Shown here: positions 37,345 through 50,092 of the stretch, piece by piece
How positions within the stretch are numbered: position 1 is the first letter of the stretch
Layout: every line of letters begins with the position of its first letter
DNA from: Haliotis cracherodii
Lineage: Eukaryota
Assembly (NCBI RefSeq): GCF_022045235.1
Contig: NW_027266297.1
Location: 8,742,001 to 8,806,000, forward strand
DNA: 64,000 nt
Direction: 5' to 3'
Translations under genes and position numbers: made by a program
The notes under the pieces: model-generated
Seen by the model: only the letters and a program-made list of their open reading frames with translations
Databases searched by the model: none
Told to the model about the DNA's origin: nothing

Positions 37345-38049
37345 TAGTTAAAGGTGGCCCCATTGAACCCGTATTGCCATACTTATCTTCCACTTGATGA
37401 TCATCTTATAGTTCCAATTGAAATAAACCAACTCTCCATATCTAAAAACATCAATGCCAGAGAATAATCAGTCTCTATTATCTGCCGAAAATGATTCCAC
37501 AATGTGCAAAGGGCAACATAATGATTACATAAACTGGTAACTTAATATATCATTATTACTCAATATGCATAGCTAACGGACAGGCAATCCTACTGGCGTA
37601 TACGATAACGAAATTATTATAAGAATTAATTAATAACGAATATAGCAGATGACAGAAAAACAGAAGGTAGTAAGCGGTTTTGCCATACTTAACCATCATT
37701 TTATGTAACCTTATGCAAGGATGTAAATTTTGAATCTGTTACACCCCGTGTGTAGTTGGACGACAGGTCTTCTTATTGATTGATGTAATGTCAAATTTAT
37801 AGGAATAAATAACGGGATGTCTCAGAAGACATTACGAGAATGTGTTTCCTGGCAGAGAAATGAGTATGTGTACGAATATTGTGATGGTAGTCATCGAACG
37901 CTGATTCTAGGTGTTGCTTCAGGACACCTGGTGGTTATAACCCTCGTGTCAAGTGCAGAAAATTATTTTAGGTCTTTCAGAAGCTTCCTTTGGCGTTTGT
38001 ATCAGGTCGGTCAAGCAACCCGTTACTCGTCTGAAAACTCAAGTTTTAT

Positions 38050-38226
38050 AGTGAGTGAGCGAGTGAGTGAGTGAGTTGGGTGTAAAGCTGCATTTAAGAG
38101 TATTACAGTTTTATCACAGCGTAATGTGGGAGGAAAGCCCGAAGTGATGCAGGACTCAGACGTTTACCACTTCGGTGAAGCCCACAAGCACGGATATGGT
38201 GCTGACAAACCTAGAAACATAATCGA
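38050..38226 (-). mobile_element. SINE family B, 3' half
   Basis: Reverse complement of atgtttctaggtttgtcagcaccat...cccac...(ACTC)n. Confidence 0.8.
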
Positions 38227-38649
38227 TTATTCGATTCCATTAATATTGGGCGTAAAATGCAGAGTAATGATGAAATGCCCCAGGAAAAGAGTAAGCGTGC
38301 CCCGTACTACCGGTAGCAACCGCGACTCACACAATTTGCGTGAAATAGTATTGCTCTTGCCTGACTCCGCACATCACTACCTTTAGAGTAAAACACACTC
38401 AGGACAACAGCTATACCTACACTATGGCTGGAATATCATGCCATCAACACATTCAAAATTAATGTTTAACTCATAATTGATTACAATCATTTTGGCACAC
38501 AGAACAATGTTTGACATCAACATCTTGTATTCAAAGCATTACAAATCATGCATTTATAGCGGTTGATATCGTTAAAACTATTCCAAACGCATCACGATTG
38601 ATGTATTACCAACTAGTTCAAGTCCACCGCAGTCGCAATTTTATCAATA

Positions 38650-38975
38650 AATATCATATATTTACGCGATAAATCACAAAGAACAATGAAGAATGAACCG
38701 TGGTTTATTTCACCATGAAGCATTGTTCTATCATGACCTCATTTCTGGAGATTTCTAACATGCGCTTGCTTGATGGCGTGATAAATGGGACGACGTTTGT
38801 TTTGAGAGGGAAGTCATCGTTATATAAACACGGCTAAATATGTTTAATGCTTGAACATTGCATTAACATCCTTACACAGGCTGTACATTATGTTGATATC
38901 TCATATAAGAAACAAATGATTTATTGGAGTGTTTTATTGTACGATAAACAACTCCCACTCGTCTAGGTATCGACT
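38650..38975 (+). mobile_element. Second copy of the 22400-22983 element (hairpin truncated)
   Basis: Shares cgcgatRaatcRcaaagaacaat..gtggttta and gctgtacat..gatatctcatataagaaa blocks. Confidence 0.55.
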
Positions 38976-38989
38976 GTATTAGTCTTTGA

Positions 38990-40140
38990 ATCCTTCTCCA
39001 TTCCTCCGGGTGTGCTTGATGCTATCGTAAGCGTCGTCCGCGTTCATCCCAAAGATGCTCAATTGGGTTCAAATCTGGCGATCTGGGTGGCCAACGAAAC
39101 ACATTTACGTCGTTATTGACTCGAAAGGCTCCCGTGACGCAAACCGCGTGTGGCCTTGTTGGAATATCTCACGTTGCACGTCAATAACAGGAAGGAGGTG
39201 TTGCTGCAAAATTTCGTCCCTGTAACGTAAAGCCGTCATATTACCATGCACGTAAACAAGATTCGTACGTTGTGCGTAGGTTATTGCACCCAACATCATG
39301 ACACTTTCTCCACCAAATCTGTCCACCTGAACACAATTTACGAGCAAAACGTTCGTTAACGTCTGTACACACGATTTCGGCCATTACGCCTTGGTAAGAG
39401 AAAACGTAATTCATCAGTAAACCCATATTCGTCTTCAGTGTCGCAGATTCCAGATCTACACAAACGAACGCGTTGAAGGCAGTGATGACGTCCTACACGC
39501 AGCCAAAGTAATGTCTCCTGGCTCTCAATCCAACATAGAGAAGACGATTCCGTACAGTCTGGGCGGATATCCTTTGAACTCCTGGCACGTTGGCAGCTCT
39601 GTGTTCGGCCGTGACAGTCCGATCACGTAAATGCAGCACCCGGATGTACTTCTTCGGCCGGAACGTGGACGGTCATTGGTTGACCCAGAATGTTGAAATC
39701 GTACAACGAGACGTGAAATTGTACTATGGCTGGCATTTGGACGACGGGCAAATGATGTCTGAGACTCCCCAGCATGAAGTCGGCCTGTGGTGATATTGCG
39801 TGTTGCAGAGTCATGTCGTGACATAATTAAATCCTTTCAAAATTGAAAAACCACAAAACAAATTTCTAGACATATGCTTTCTTTTATAGTCAATTAGCCT
39901 GTACGTTTTCCATAATTTGCACGTGTCAAACGTTAAAGGTGGCGTTTGGGCGACATGTTTTAGACATTTGTGAACAACGCACCCAAAGTGAAAATTTCAA
40001 AACCAAATAGCACAATTTCCACATATCCGTATGTGTAGATCATCCATGGCATATTTCAACAATCTTGAAGCCGTTTTGGTGAAGCAAACAATATTTATTG
40101 TAATAGAATCGCTTATGCGTTTCTTCTTCTGGGGAGAATA
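38990..40140 (-). mobile_element. Decayed Tc1/mariner transposon
   Basis: MSR..GRLHAGESQ..STISRL..DRPRSGR, VDRFGGESVM and PDLNPIEHLWD motifs; TIR-like end at about 40115-40140. Confidence 0.85.
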
Positions 40141-42043
40141 TTTAAAGAAGGAGTTTTAATCGATTCTCTCCAGACTCATTTCTTGTGGCGCCTACAATAA
40201 GTATTATTTATAGAGGAATTTCAAAGAATATCAATGAGTCGTCTTCGAAGACAATTCCCATATTTCTAAAACCATGAACGCGTATGACGTTTTCAGCGCA
40301 GATGAGACTTTAGTCTACCAACAAGGGATCCTGACATGAATAATAGACGATATTCTGCACGGCGAATTGGCTGCCCTGAGACCTTGGCTTACGGTTATAC
40401 TATTAACAATACCTCAAGTATATCTTGCGTTTACATTTAATGTGGGCAAAGACCCAAAGGAGTCTCATGTCGCATGCTTAACCAACCTTCTAACACATTC
40501 TAATCCACAACAACCCAGGCATTGTAGAATCACAACTAAGCAGAACGAGCTGTGGTGCCTGTTAAATGTGTCCCTGGTGTCACTCAAGCTTGATTTGTTT
40601 GGAGTGCTTTCTCAGCAGCATCGGGAAATGTTGCATGAATTACCGTCTCATGTAAGGAATACCCGTCACATATGTGATGCTGTTGCTATCTGAGTCTAGT
40701 TATATTTGAACCTATGCTTCATAAGGGTATAAGGAGGCACGTGTGACCAAGTATTCCCTAGGGCGTGTCAGAAACCTATTCACGTTTCACCTTTTCACGA
40801 ACACTTTTAATCATCACTATTTGATAGTTTTTCATAAACACACGCTCTTCATAAAGTCACAATTGTACAATCGATTGCTTTTAGCAGTGATTTCTTATGA
40901 ATATGGAAGGGGTTTTGTCTGTTGTATTGCAACAAAGAGGCGGGCGTCTAGGACCTGCATCTCTCATGGCTTTTCTCCCACATCAAGCTGAGACGTTACG
41001 ACATAACTGAAGTCCTGTTCAAAGCGGCGTTAAACCAAAATTCATTTACTCACTCATAAAGTATGAATCAATTATGGAGGATAGTAACGGTAGCGATGTA
41101 GACAATGTAGTGTCTGAATGACTACGTAATTTAGGCCCGTTCCACAAATTGATTTTCACGTCAAGACTTCGTCGTCCTTATGTCCTATGCTAAATCTATC
41201 ACCAACGGACACAGAAATCTGGGGTTAACCGAGACCGATACCAGACCTATGGGAATCAGACAAAAAACACTTAGGATGGAAACGATTGATGCAAATGAAT
41301 TACAGACTTAATGAATGTACCCATTTTCTGAAAGGTTACCTTCAATGTTTTTTACGTTTTATTTATCATAATAATCTAATTCCTGCACTAAATAAAACAT
41401 TTTCTCTCGATTGATTTTACGACAGATGTGTGGCAACACTTTTGTGGTGTCTGAGCTCAACGCTGTCGAGGTTTCAGATCCTATTTGAGATTGTAAGCGT
41501 AGACGTGTCTATAATTAAACATTTGAATGGTGGGATTAGGGCACTTTGAAGACATTCACCGAATTAATTTTATATTTTCGGACAATCGATTAAGTTCCCG
41601 GGTATCTCACAAATAGCTGACGTGAGATTGAGTTATACGGAAAACCTTGAATGGTTTGTCTGGGGCAAATCCTGATCGCCCGAGTCTATGTAATTGATAC
41701 GTCGGTGACATGCAGAGTGGAACCGTTTACCCTGATATATGAGTTGATCAAGATTCAGCTTCAAACTCACAAACACAGCTCAAGAAAGGATCTGCGTGCA
41801 AAGAGGTGGTTATCGTTCATTATTTTCCCATGGATGTCATTAGATGTGTTGTGTGTGCGTGCTCATATTCTTCATAGAAGGAAGTCGCACGTCCACTGTA
41901 TCTCCATGAGTAGTGTGCATGGGTCGGTTTGATGGAGAACGAAGTAGTACATCAGCGTACGTGTGTGACGCGTACGTTAGGATGTGACTGGTCCGGCAGT
42001 GTGCGACAGATAACAATTAATGTTCCAGCAAAGCGTGACAGCA

Positions 42044-42290
42044 GACGTCAGAATGCGACACGTGTGATACTGTACAGAAGAGGACGGCAGTATGTGAAGA
42101 TAAGAAACACTGCGAGTGACAAAGACGTCCGAATGCGACACGTGTGACAGTGAACAGAAGAGGACGTCAGTATGTGACAGATAAGAAACACTGGGAGTGA
42201 CAAAGACGTCCGAATGCGACACGTGTGACACTGTACAGAGGAGGACGGCAGTATGTGACAGATAAGAAACACTGCGAGTGTGACAAAATA
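42044..42290. repeat. Tandem repeat, three ~80-bp units
   Basis: Unit gacgtcMgaatgcgacacgtgtgaYaStgWacagaRgaggacgKcagtatgtgacagataagaaacactgSgagtgacaaa. Confidence 0.9.
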
Positions 42291-43529
42291 CGTCAGGTTG
42301 CGCCGTAGAATGACATAACGCATAGAAGATGACGAAAGAGTGATAGCGTATAGCAATGTGTGACAGAACAAGGAAGATATAAATGTGATAGAATATCGCA
42401 AAGAGTGACAAAGTACTTCAGAGAGTGACACACTGAAATTTTGCATAAGGTAGATTACAATAATAAATATCTATGGATAAATGTATTAGTCTCTAATCAT
42501 CTTTTTCATACACCAAAACTTGTTAGACTATTTGAGACTAGTTTCCGTTAGTGTCATGTTCCTCAGGGTTTATCTCGGCATATCGATTACCATACTTCAG
42601 TGTGCTCATGTACTCGTGAGAACAAATGTACTTTTCCTGCAGATGATAATTGAAAGTAGCATTATTTGGATGCCGCGAGCTTAGCTAAATGAGATGACAG
42701 ATCAATGGAAGCAATGTGAGGCCCTTGACATTATCTATTAGCATCATCTACATCATCTCGAAATAAGCGATGATTATCACTGGCATGCTGGCATATCGGG
42801 ATGAAGAGGTTAAGATTCTAATTATTCTATCAGAAAGAAAGGACGTGTGTACGCATTGTTCTTATTATTGTCATCTTTTCCTTTGACGACTCATTATAGA
42901 CTCCGTCTGCTAGGACTTTTATATAATTGCTTTGGGTTTATTTATAGATAAAGTAAACTTTTTCTGTTCCATAATCCATCGCAGAATAACTTACCTAAGT
43001 GCACTTCATCAAACACATTCGAGAAAAAAAAGCTGCCTTCCGAGACAGCATTTTTCAATACAAAGTGATGGGCAAGAGATTTTCAAAAAATCCTAAAAGG
43101 GTCATATACGTGTGAGAAAATATAATTAAAGTGCGATAACAGTGTGCATGTCCTACTCAATGGTTCAGTTCTTCCCATAGGTTTCTACATAACAACAAAC
43201 ACTTCAGTACTTTGTGAGTATCAAGGGCATTCAGAATTAGGTTTCTGTTTCTGTTTTTCTTCTACCAAGACATTGATGAATGCTTGATTCTGATTGGTTA
43301 AAAAGAGGTTTCCTTTTTGCTACGGAAACCCCTTTCAACATTCCGAAAAGAGGTCACAGGTAGTTATATGTCATTTGACGGGGACAGTGTGATGAGTGTG
43401 TGGGACAGCGTGGAGGTTGGTCAAAAGACGTTTGCCACGTTGGTAAAACCCATGAGCACGGGTATGGTGCTGGCAACTCTAGAATTATGATCATGGCGAA
43501 TCGGAGGTGCCCCTCGACCAACATGAGAG

Positions 43530-43681
43530 TGAGTGAGTATGGTTTTACGCCTCTTTAAGCAATATTCGAGCAATATCACGGCGGGGGACACCAGAAATGA
43601 GCTTCACACAATGTCGGGAATCGAACCCGGGTCTTCGGATGGACGAGCGAACGCTTTACCCACTTGGCTACCCGACCGCCT
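43530..43681 (-). mobile_element. SINE family A
   Basis: 14-bp TSD gaccaacatgagag. Confidence 0.88.
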
Positions 43682-46600
43682 GACCAACATGAGAGACAGG
43701 GGTAATGGGAATGCAGCCCCATACTCTGATAAGATAATGCATCCAATTTCCTTATCCACATTTGGCACTCAAATGTTGTTCTTGTTCTATGTAGGTTAGT
43801 ATCCAAATAATGAGGCTACGTCTAGTGTGCAACAGGTTGCTTGCAACATTCTCAGCAGTGCAGTAACACATTATTTCCGACATACCGGGGTCGGATGTTG
43901 TTGATGTAAATTCAACGAAATTGATCTCGACTTACCATGACACGGAGTTTTAACCTTAAGGATAGCGTTCCATGTACATATACTCATATTAATGATACCA
44001 CGCAGACCTGCAGGAACGTATTACATGTTTTTGAAATCCCGGCAAGATCACGCAAAGGAGAAGTACAGCTGAATTATTTTTTGTCTTTGACAGATCTGAC
44101 TGGTAATAAGTTAGATCCGGCACGGCAAATGGCCCGGGGATCAATACCAATACGCCTTCCCTCACGTTTACTGCTGATAGTGTAAAACATGCGCAACAAT
44201 AAAAACTCGCGACGAGTTAGTGAGTGATTTTGTTTACGCCGCTTTTAGAAGTATTCGACTTATATCACTACAGAAATGGGCTTCACACATAGTACCCATG
44301 TTGGAGCGTACCTGATGAATCTCTGTAACCATGTTATTTACGGAATTTGTGTCCTACAAAAATATGCATTTTATTGTTATTATTATGTACAGATTAATTT
44401 TTTTAAAAACGCATCAAAGACGGTTTGGGTGATCCTGGCACAGTCAGGCTGGTTAGGCTTATCATCAGCTCAGGCCCCTTGTCCCATCTACACGCAGCCC
44501 AGACAGCGAATGGGACTTCTCCAAGGAAGCGCTGCCGAGTCGAACCCACCCAGACCTTTTCGGGGAATGTGAAGACTCCCCAACACTGCAGCTTTCTGCA
44601 TTACCCAGATTGTCAGAATGGCTGTATTCCTGGCAGCGAACCCTAGAACTCTCCCAATGCCAGTCAACAGATTAGGATGAACCAAACCTAAGGCACCAAG
44701 ACAATGGGGAGTCGGACTACTTGGTAATACTTTACTTGGGATGCAAGCGTGACATTTCGAAAGTGACGTCCGCATATTTGCCATGTTTCTTCTGAATCTT
44801 GTCAATCACATTAGTGTCAAAAGGGACAGAAAATCAATGATATGTATGATTTCACTGGATTTATATAAAAAGGAAAAGATCATGCTTGTTGGCCTGGATA
44901 CGTCTGAGGCTGTATACGGGCTTATGGTTTAATACAGGCCAAAGAATGTTGTATTTATCATTTTTCCTGACGCCCTCTATATATTCTGAATCGCACCATA
45001 GATGGACCTCATTGTCAAAACCACAAGCATGGCGAAGACGGTAACAAAACGGTCGAGCCACTCCATCTCGTTTCTTAAGATACTGCGTTTGTGCCAAAAC
45101 TGGGCATCCACTGACTATGTGTTGAACAGTCTCATTACATTCATTGCATTATCTCAATTTTTCATATTTACATTTTGATGCACAATCACACATTGACGAT
45201 TTCGAGTGGGAAGTGACTGGACCTGAGCAGCAAGCAGAAATCCTTCTGTTTCACATTTCAGCCAGCCGACTTCATCCAAGTGAAGGACTCCGCAGGGTTG
45301 CTGATCTTCTTAACACACGGTACTTAAACTCGACGCAGTGGTCGTTCAGATTGCCTCTCCCTGAAAAAAATGAGTCTTGGCCGATTTGATATGGCACTTC
45401 GCTTTGCTGACACTCATTTCTGTGCGGTATAGCACTACAGAACCATCAACAAAATCAACATTGACATCGAGATTATGTCCCACATCCTTGGCTCGTTGAA
45501 GGAAAATGTGGATTGCCTTGCTTTCATCATGAGTCTTGACATGCTTCACAAAAGGATAATCAGACAAATAAATGTGTACAAAAGTGCACAATACAACTCT
45601 ACTATGAAGAGCCTCCACGTTAATCAAACCACGCCCTCCCATTATAACTGGTAAACACAAGTGATTGAGGTAAATGCGAGGTTGGCTTGGATCTATTGTC
45701 TGACATGATTCGTCGTTTGTGGGGTTCAATACTTTGAATTTCCTGTTTCGTCCAAGCAACAACACCACAAGAATGCGAAAGGATGGGCACAGCATAAGTA
45801 TTTGTATCTTTAACATTATTGCGATAGTTCAGTTCTGAACTCGAAATTTTGTTAAGTCACTGCTCTGGAGTTTGTTCCTAACCTACACTCTTTAGTCTAG
45901 GCCTGACCTACAACGAGATGGTCGATTACTCCTCCCTCAAGTAAACTGACTGATTATCCCTCTTCTACCTTGCCATGTTTCAGATGAAGACTGTTGCATT
46001 TGTTGAACCCAAAGAATATGCCGATATCATCAGAAAGGATTCGATAATGAGAATCTGTTTTTAGTGTGAATTCTCCATTGGCAATAAGTTCAAGGTCATC
46101 CATGTAAAGGAGGTGAGTAAGAGGTGTTGGGGATCTCTGTTAAGGAGGTCAGCAAGGATAACTTTCCCCTTTGCTAACCAAATAGCTTTAAAGGATTTAA
46201 TGACAAACCAAAAAGCAAAGGACTAGACCAATCCTCCTGAACTATTCTTTTTCTGAAAGAAATGGGTTCCGAAGTCACCAAATGCCCCTGCGAATACATC
46301 TCCACTTGAGGTTGACCAGCAATTCATTAAAGACTTGAATGAAAAAAGAAGTCGCTCGGGGAGGTCAATATATTCCATTGACTTCAAAATCCATTCTTGA
46401 AGTACGGGCTCATAAGCTTTTCTGTAGTCACATTAAGAGGTTACGGTGGTAAGTTCTAGCCTATTTGAGGATCATTTTCTGAACTATCAATTGATGCTCA
46501 CAACCCTAACATCCTTTTCTGGCTCCATTCTGCTCCACAAAAAGAATGTCATTGGAAGCGCAGTATGATGACACAAGATCTTTAAGACACCCAGTAAATA

Positions 46601-46918
46601 CTTTGTTCTGTGTATTCAGACAAGTAATAGAACGGAAGGTTTGGGGGTCAGTCAAATCACCTTTCATTGGGAGAAGTATTGCTCGTCCTTTGTACAACCA
46701 AGGCGGGACATCCTCTCTATCAACAAGATAATTTAAACGGTGAAGTAATGGTGTTTGGACACATGGGAAAATTCCAATACTGGTTTAGAATACCATCAGG
46801 CCCTGGCGCCGTATTAGACTTTTTAATTGCCTTTTTCAGACAATCGTATGTGATGAAACACAACAATGGTTACCTTGTGTTTTCATGTACACTATGTTTG
46901 CAATCTGTAGTACATGTA

Positions 46919-47440
46919 AACTAAGCGGCAAAAGAAAGGTTTGCAAGTGTTGCAGCCAGTTGTGCTTCCGTTCTTACAAAACCACCAGCAGGGGACATTG
47001 TTTCAACACGACAATGCCAGGCCCCATACTGCAAGACTGACTCGGAACTTTCTAAACCAGCAGAACGTTGACGTTTTGCCCTGGCCTGCCCACTTGACCG
47101 ATATGAATCCTATTGAACATCTGTTGGACCATCTTGACAGACAGATTAGAGCACACCATCAGCCTCCCGTCAACAGACAGGAATTGCAGCATTGCTGAAT
47201 TGACGTCATCGATGAGGCGGCGTATCACAGCATGCATTGAGGCAGCTGGAGGTCATACACGCTTTTGAAGGCAACTGTGTCGACAATGAACTTGTAGTGT
47301 GTCTGACAGTTTTTTTGGTGCGGTTGATCAATCATTTGTTACCCCTCCCCAGATTATATTATAATTCACAACAAAACCTCTTCTTGTTATTTTTTTATCG
47401 ATCATGGAACTCGACCTATTCTTTCTTTTGCCGCCCAGTT
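46919..47440 (+). mobile_element. Internally deleted Tc1 element (both TIRs + transposase 3' third)
   Basis: TA-flanked TIRs aactRRgcggcaaaagaaag; FQHDNARPHTAR..WPA..DMNPIEHLLD. Confidence 0.9.
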
Positions 47441-47460
47441 TATTACTGCATGCTATTGAG

Positions 47461-47618
47461 GGAGAGTATGGTTTTACGCCGCTTTTAGCAATATTCCAGC
47501 AATATCACGGCGGGGTACACTAGAAATGGGCTTCACACATTGAACCCATGTCGGGAATCGAACCCGGGTCTTCGGCATGACGAGCGAACGCTTTAACCAC
47601 TAGGCTACCCGACCACTC
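47461..47618 (-). mobile_element. SINE family A, full length
   Basis: 15-bp TSD ctgcatgctattgag. Confidence 0.92.
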
Positions 47619-49832
47619 CTGCATGCTATTGAGTGCTGTAGAAGCACGTGGTATTGTATACATTGCAGCAGTGCCACGCCTACTGTGCGTGAACTACGTC
47701 ATGCGTGACGTCATCAGTGAATGTGGATGATCCTCAGTAAATGACAGAAACCTCCATTACGGGTTTTCGTTGTCATTTGCTCCTGACCCAAAGATACGAC
47801 ACGATCCTCCATCTCGAGGTTACAGTTGCCGGGGAAGACTACAACTGTTTCCAAACCCTTTCACTGGAATCCATGGTGGGTCTTTCCTAATCACTACCGT
47901 TGGTTGCATTTAATTGCCTGCACAATTGAATTTCCTTAGATTTGAACAGTTTGTTTTGTTTGATGAAATTATATTTCTTGTCCTACTTTCTTTTTCTTTC
48001 TGTCTAAACCTTTAACTTTGCCTTAAGTAAATCAAGCAATTTATTTAGAATTTTCTCTTTTGTTGTCTTATATTTTGTTTTTATTTTTCTCTAATTGAGT
48101 TTTGACATTGACTGCCCTGAGGTATGTAGTTTCACGTTCTGTCCAGGATATATCTTTCTTTCTTTCAGTTAGTTTTATTTGGAACCGTTTTTTCTTTTGA
48201 TGATTTTGTTTATTACCCCGTTGTGGTTCAATGTTGTTGGAAACGGTATGGGGATCCTCCAGTGTTCCGAGCAGTAGCATGCACGCAACAATTAATGTCA
48301 TTCAAAGAACAATCCGCATTGAGAGTAACAGAAATAATGTCATTTAATCTATCAAGCTGATTCTGTCAAAATCATCGATTAAATTGTTTTATTGGACTCA
48401 ACTGGTAATTTACAGAATTGATCATAAAATGACATGAACAAAGCATACAAGGGATCATCAAAAGAGGGATCGGAATAGGAGAAAAACTCAGGGGCCAACA
48501 GCAGGGATTCCATTAGTCGGTCATCAGTGAAACCTGCATCAGGTAATTAAGGGAGGACAATGCGATCGTCGGTCAGCTACAGTTGGAACTGAGGGTTTAT
48601 ACAAAGGCGCCTGACGGGCCTGGCAGTTAGCTCACCAGGCTCACGGCGCATATACAACTTCAGTCGCCCGAGCTGGTCTCAAATATTCTGCTCTGTCAGG
48701 TATGCATACATTGGCATGGCTTTGTCCCAATGCTGCTTCAACAAATTGCAATTTATTCGTGGTATGTCTGGCTATCCTGTTGCCTTCGCACACTCAAGAA
48801 GTGTGGACGTTAGTTGATACGTCCAAGATATTCTTGGATGGGTTCTGGGCCTCGCGTTGGGGCACGTCCCGTCTCCAGTTTGGTTGGTTTGTATACCGGA
48901 GGGAGGCTGAAAATGGCATAATTGTGTAACAATTATGACTCATTTCTACGTACACATTGCCACATTTCCTACCGTGAATTTCTCCGTCATGTCGAACTAC
49001 AATCTTAATACATTTCTAATTGCTCAGGTACTTCGTGCCGGTACATGTTATCCAATTCCATTCAGCTAAAAGTAAACACTTGAATCAAGGTTTCACTATC
49101 AAAGGCCTGATTAAGCCATTCCAGGAATGGTGTGGTTGACTTTCAAAGTATCTGTCTAAACATGACACGTCGCTTGTCAACATGCATGATGCGTGATTCT
49201 ATCCCGTGCTATGCCTTTACGTGGTGTTTTCAAGCCTCCGTACTCACAGACAGGTACTGTTTTATGAACTTTCTGTGAGTGGCGGGAGCTACCGGCAGAG
49301 TAGGACATGCTTTCGCTTTTCACGAACACCTGGTGTCATCACTATTTTCCATTTTACACCTAAAGGAAATTATTCGGGATTGATTATTCTTTGGCGTTGC
49401 CGAATTTAATTTGGGACGTATGTGTCGAAAAAACCAGAGAGGTTACAGATAGCAGCAGAGGTTATGCTTCATTTGCGGATTTCGCAACTCTTGGCATGAA
49501 CGCTCTAGGGCCGTCTTTCATGTTGGTCACGATATCGAATGAATTAGTATTACCAGAAGAAATTAAAACCCCAAATCGATTGACCTCGACGTAAACGTGT
49601 GCTGGGAGACCGGCAAATTGTTTTGATGCAGCGAGTAATCCCCTTCGTTTGGCTTCCCGGTAATAAAGCGTCATCTAATACAAAAGACGAAATAAGTTTA
49701 ATTAAAAAAATTAATCACATGAATCTCTCATGCATGCACTTCTGCCCTGTCACTCTCCACACTCACAGCACTCGGCCCATTCAGCTCAATTCATTTTTTT
49801 ATAATGTGGAAGGACACATGCCCATATACAAC

Positions 49833-50092
49833 GCGGGATAGAATAGGTCTTTAGCAACCCATGCTTGCCGTAAAAGGCGACTATGCTTGTCGTAAAAGGC
49901 GACTAACGGGATCGGGTGGTCAGGCTTGCCGACTTGGTTGATGCATGTCATCGATCCTAATTGCGTGGATCGATGCGCATAATGTCAATCACTGGATTGT
50001 CTGGTCCAGACTCGATTATTTACAGACCGCCGTGATATAGCTGGAATTTTGTTGAGTGCGGCGTAAAACAACAAACCAAACCAAAACCAAAA
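49833..50092 (+). mobile_element. SINE-like family D, missing the first ~12 nt
   Basis: 12-bp TSD cccatatacaac (49821-49832, 50093-50104); (AAACC)n tail. Confidence 0.9.

Larger units (their letters stand above)
44423..48300 (-). mobile_element. R4/Dong-type non-LTR retrotransposon (RT + CCHC + RLE), decayed, with nested Tc1 and SINE; may extend to about 48950
   Basis: Reverse strand: KQNKLF, FRSITCLNTQNK, EQNG, THLLYMDDL, GGRGL, QHIVSGCP..YLKKRDG and ANKHDL; same 3' end as 13266. Confidence 0.8.
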
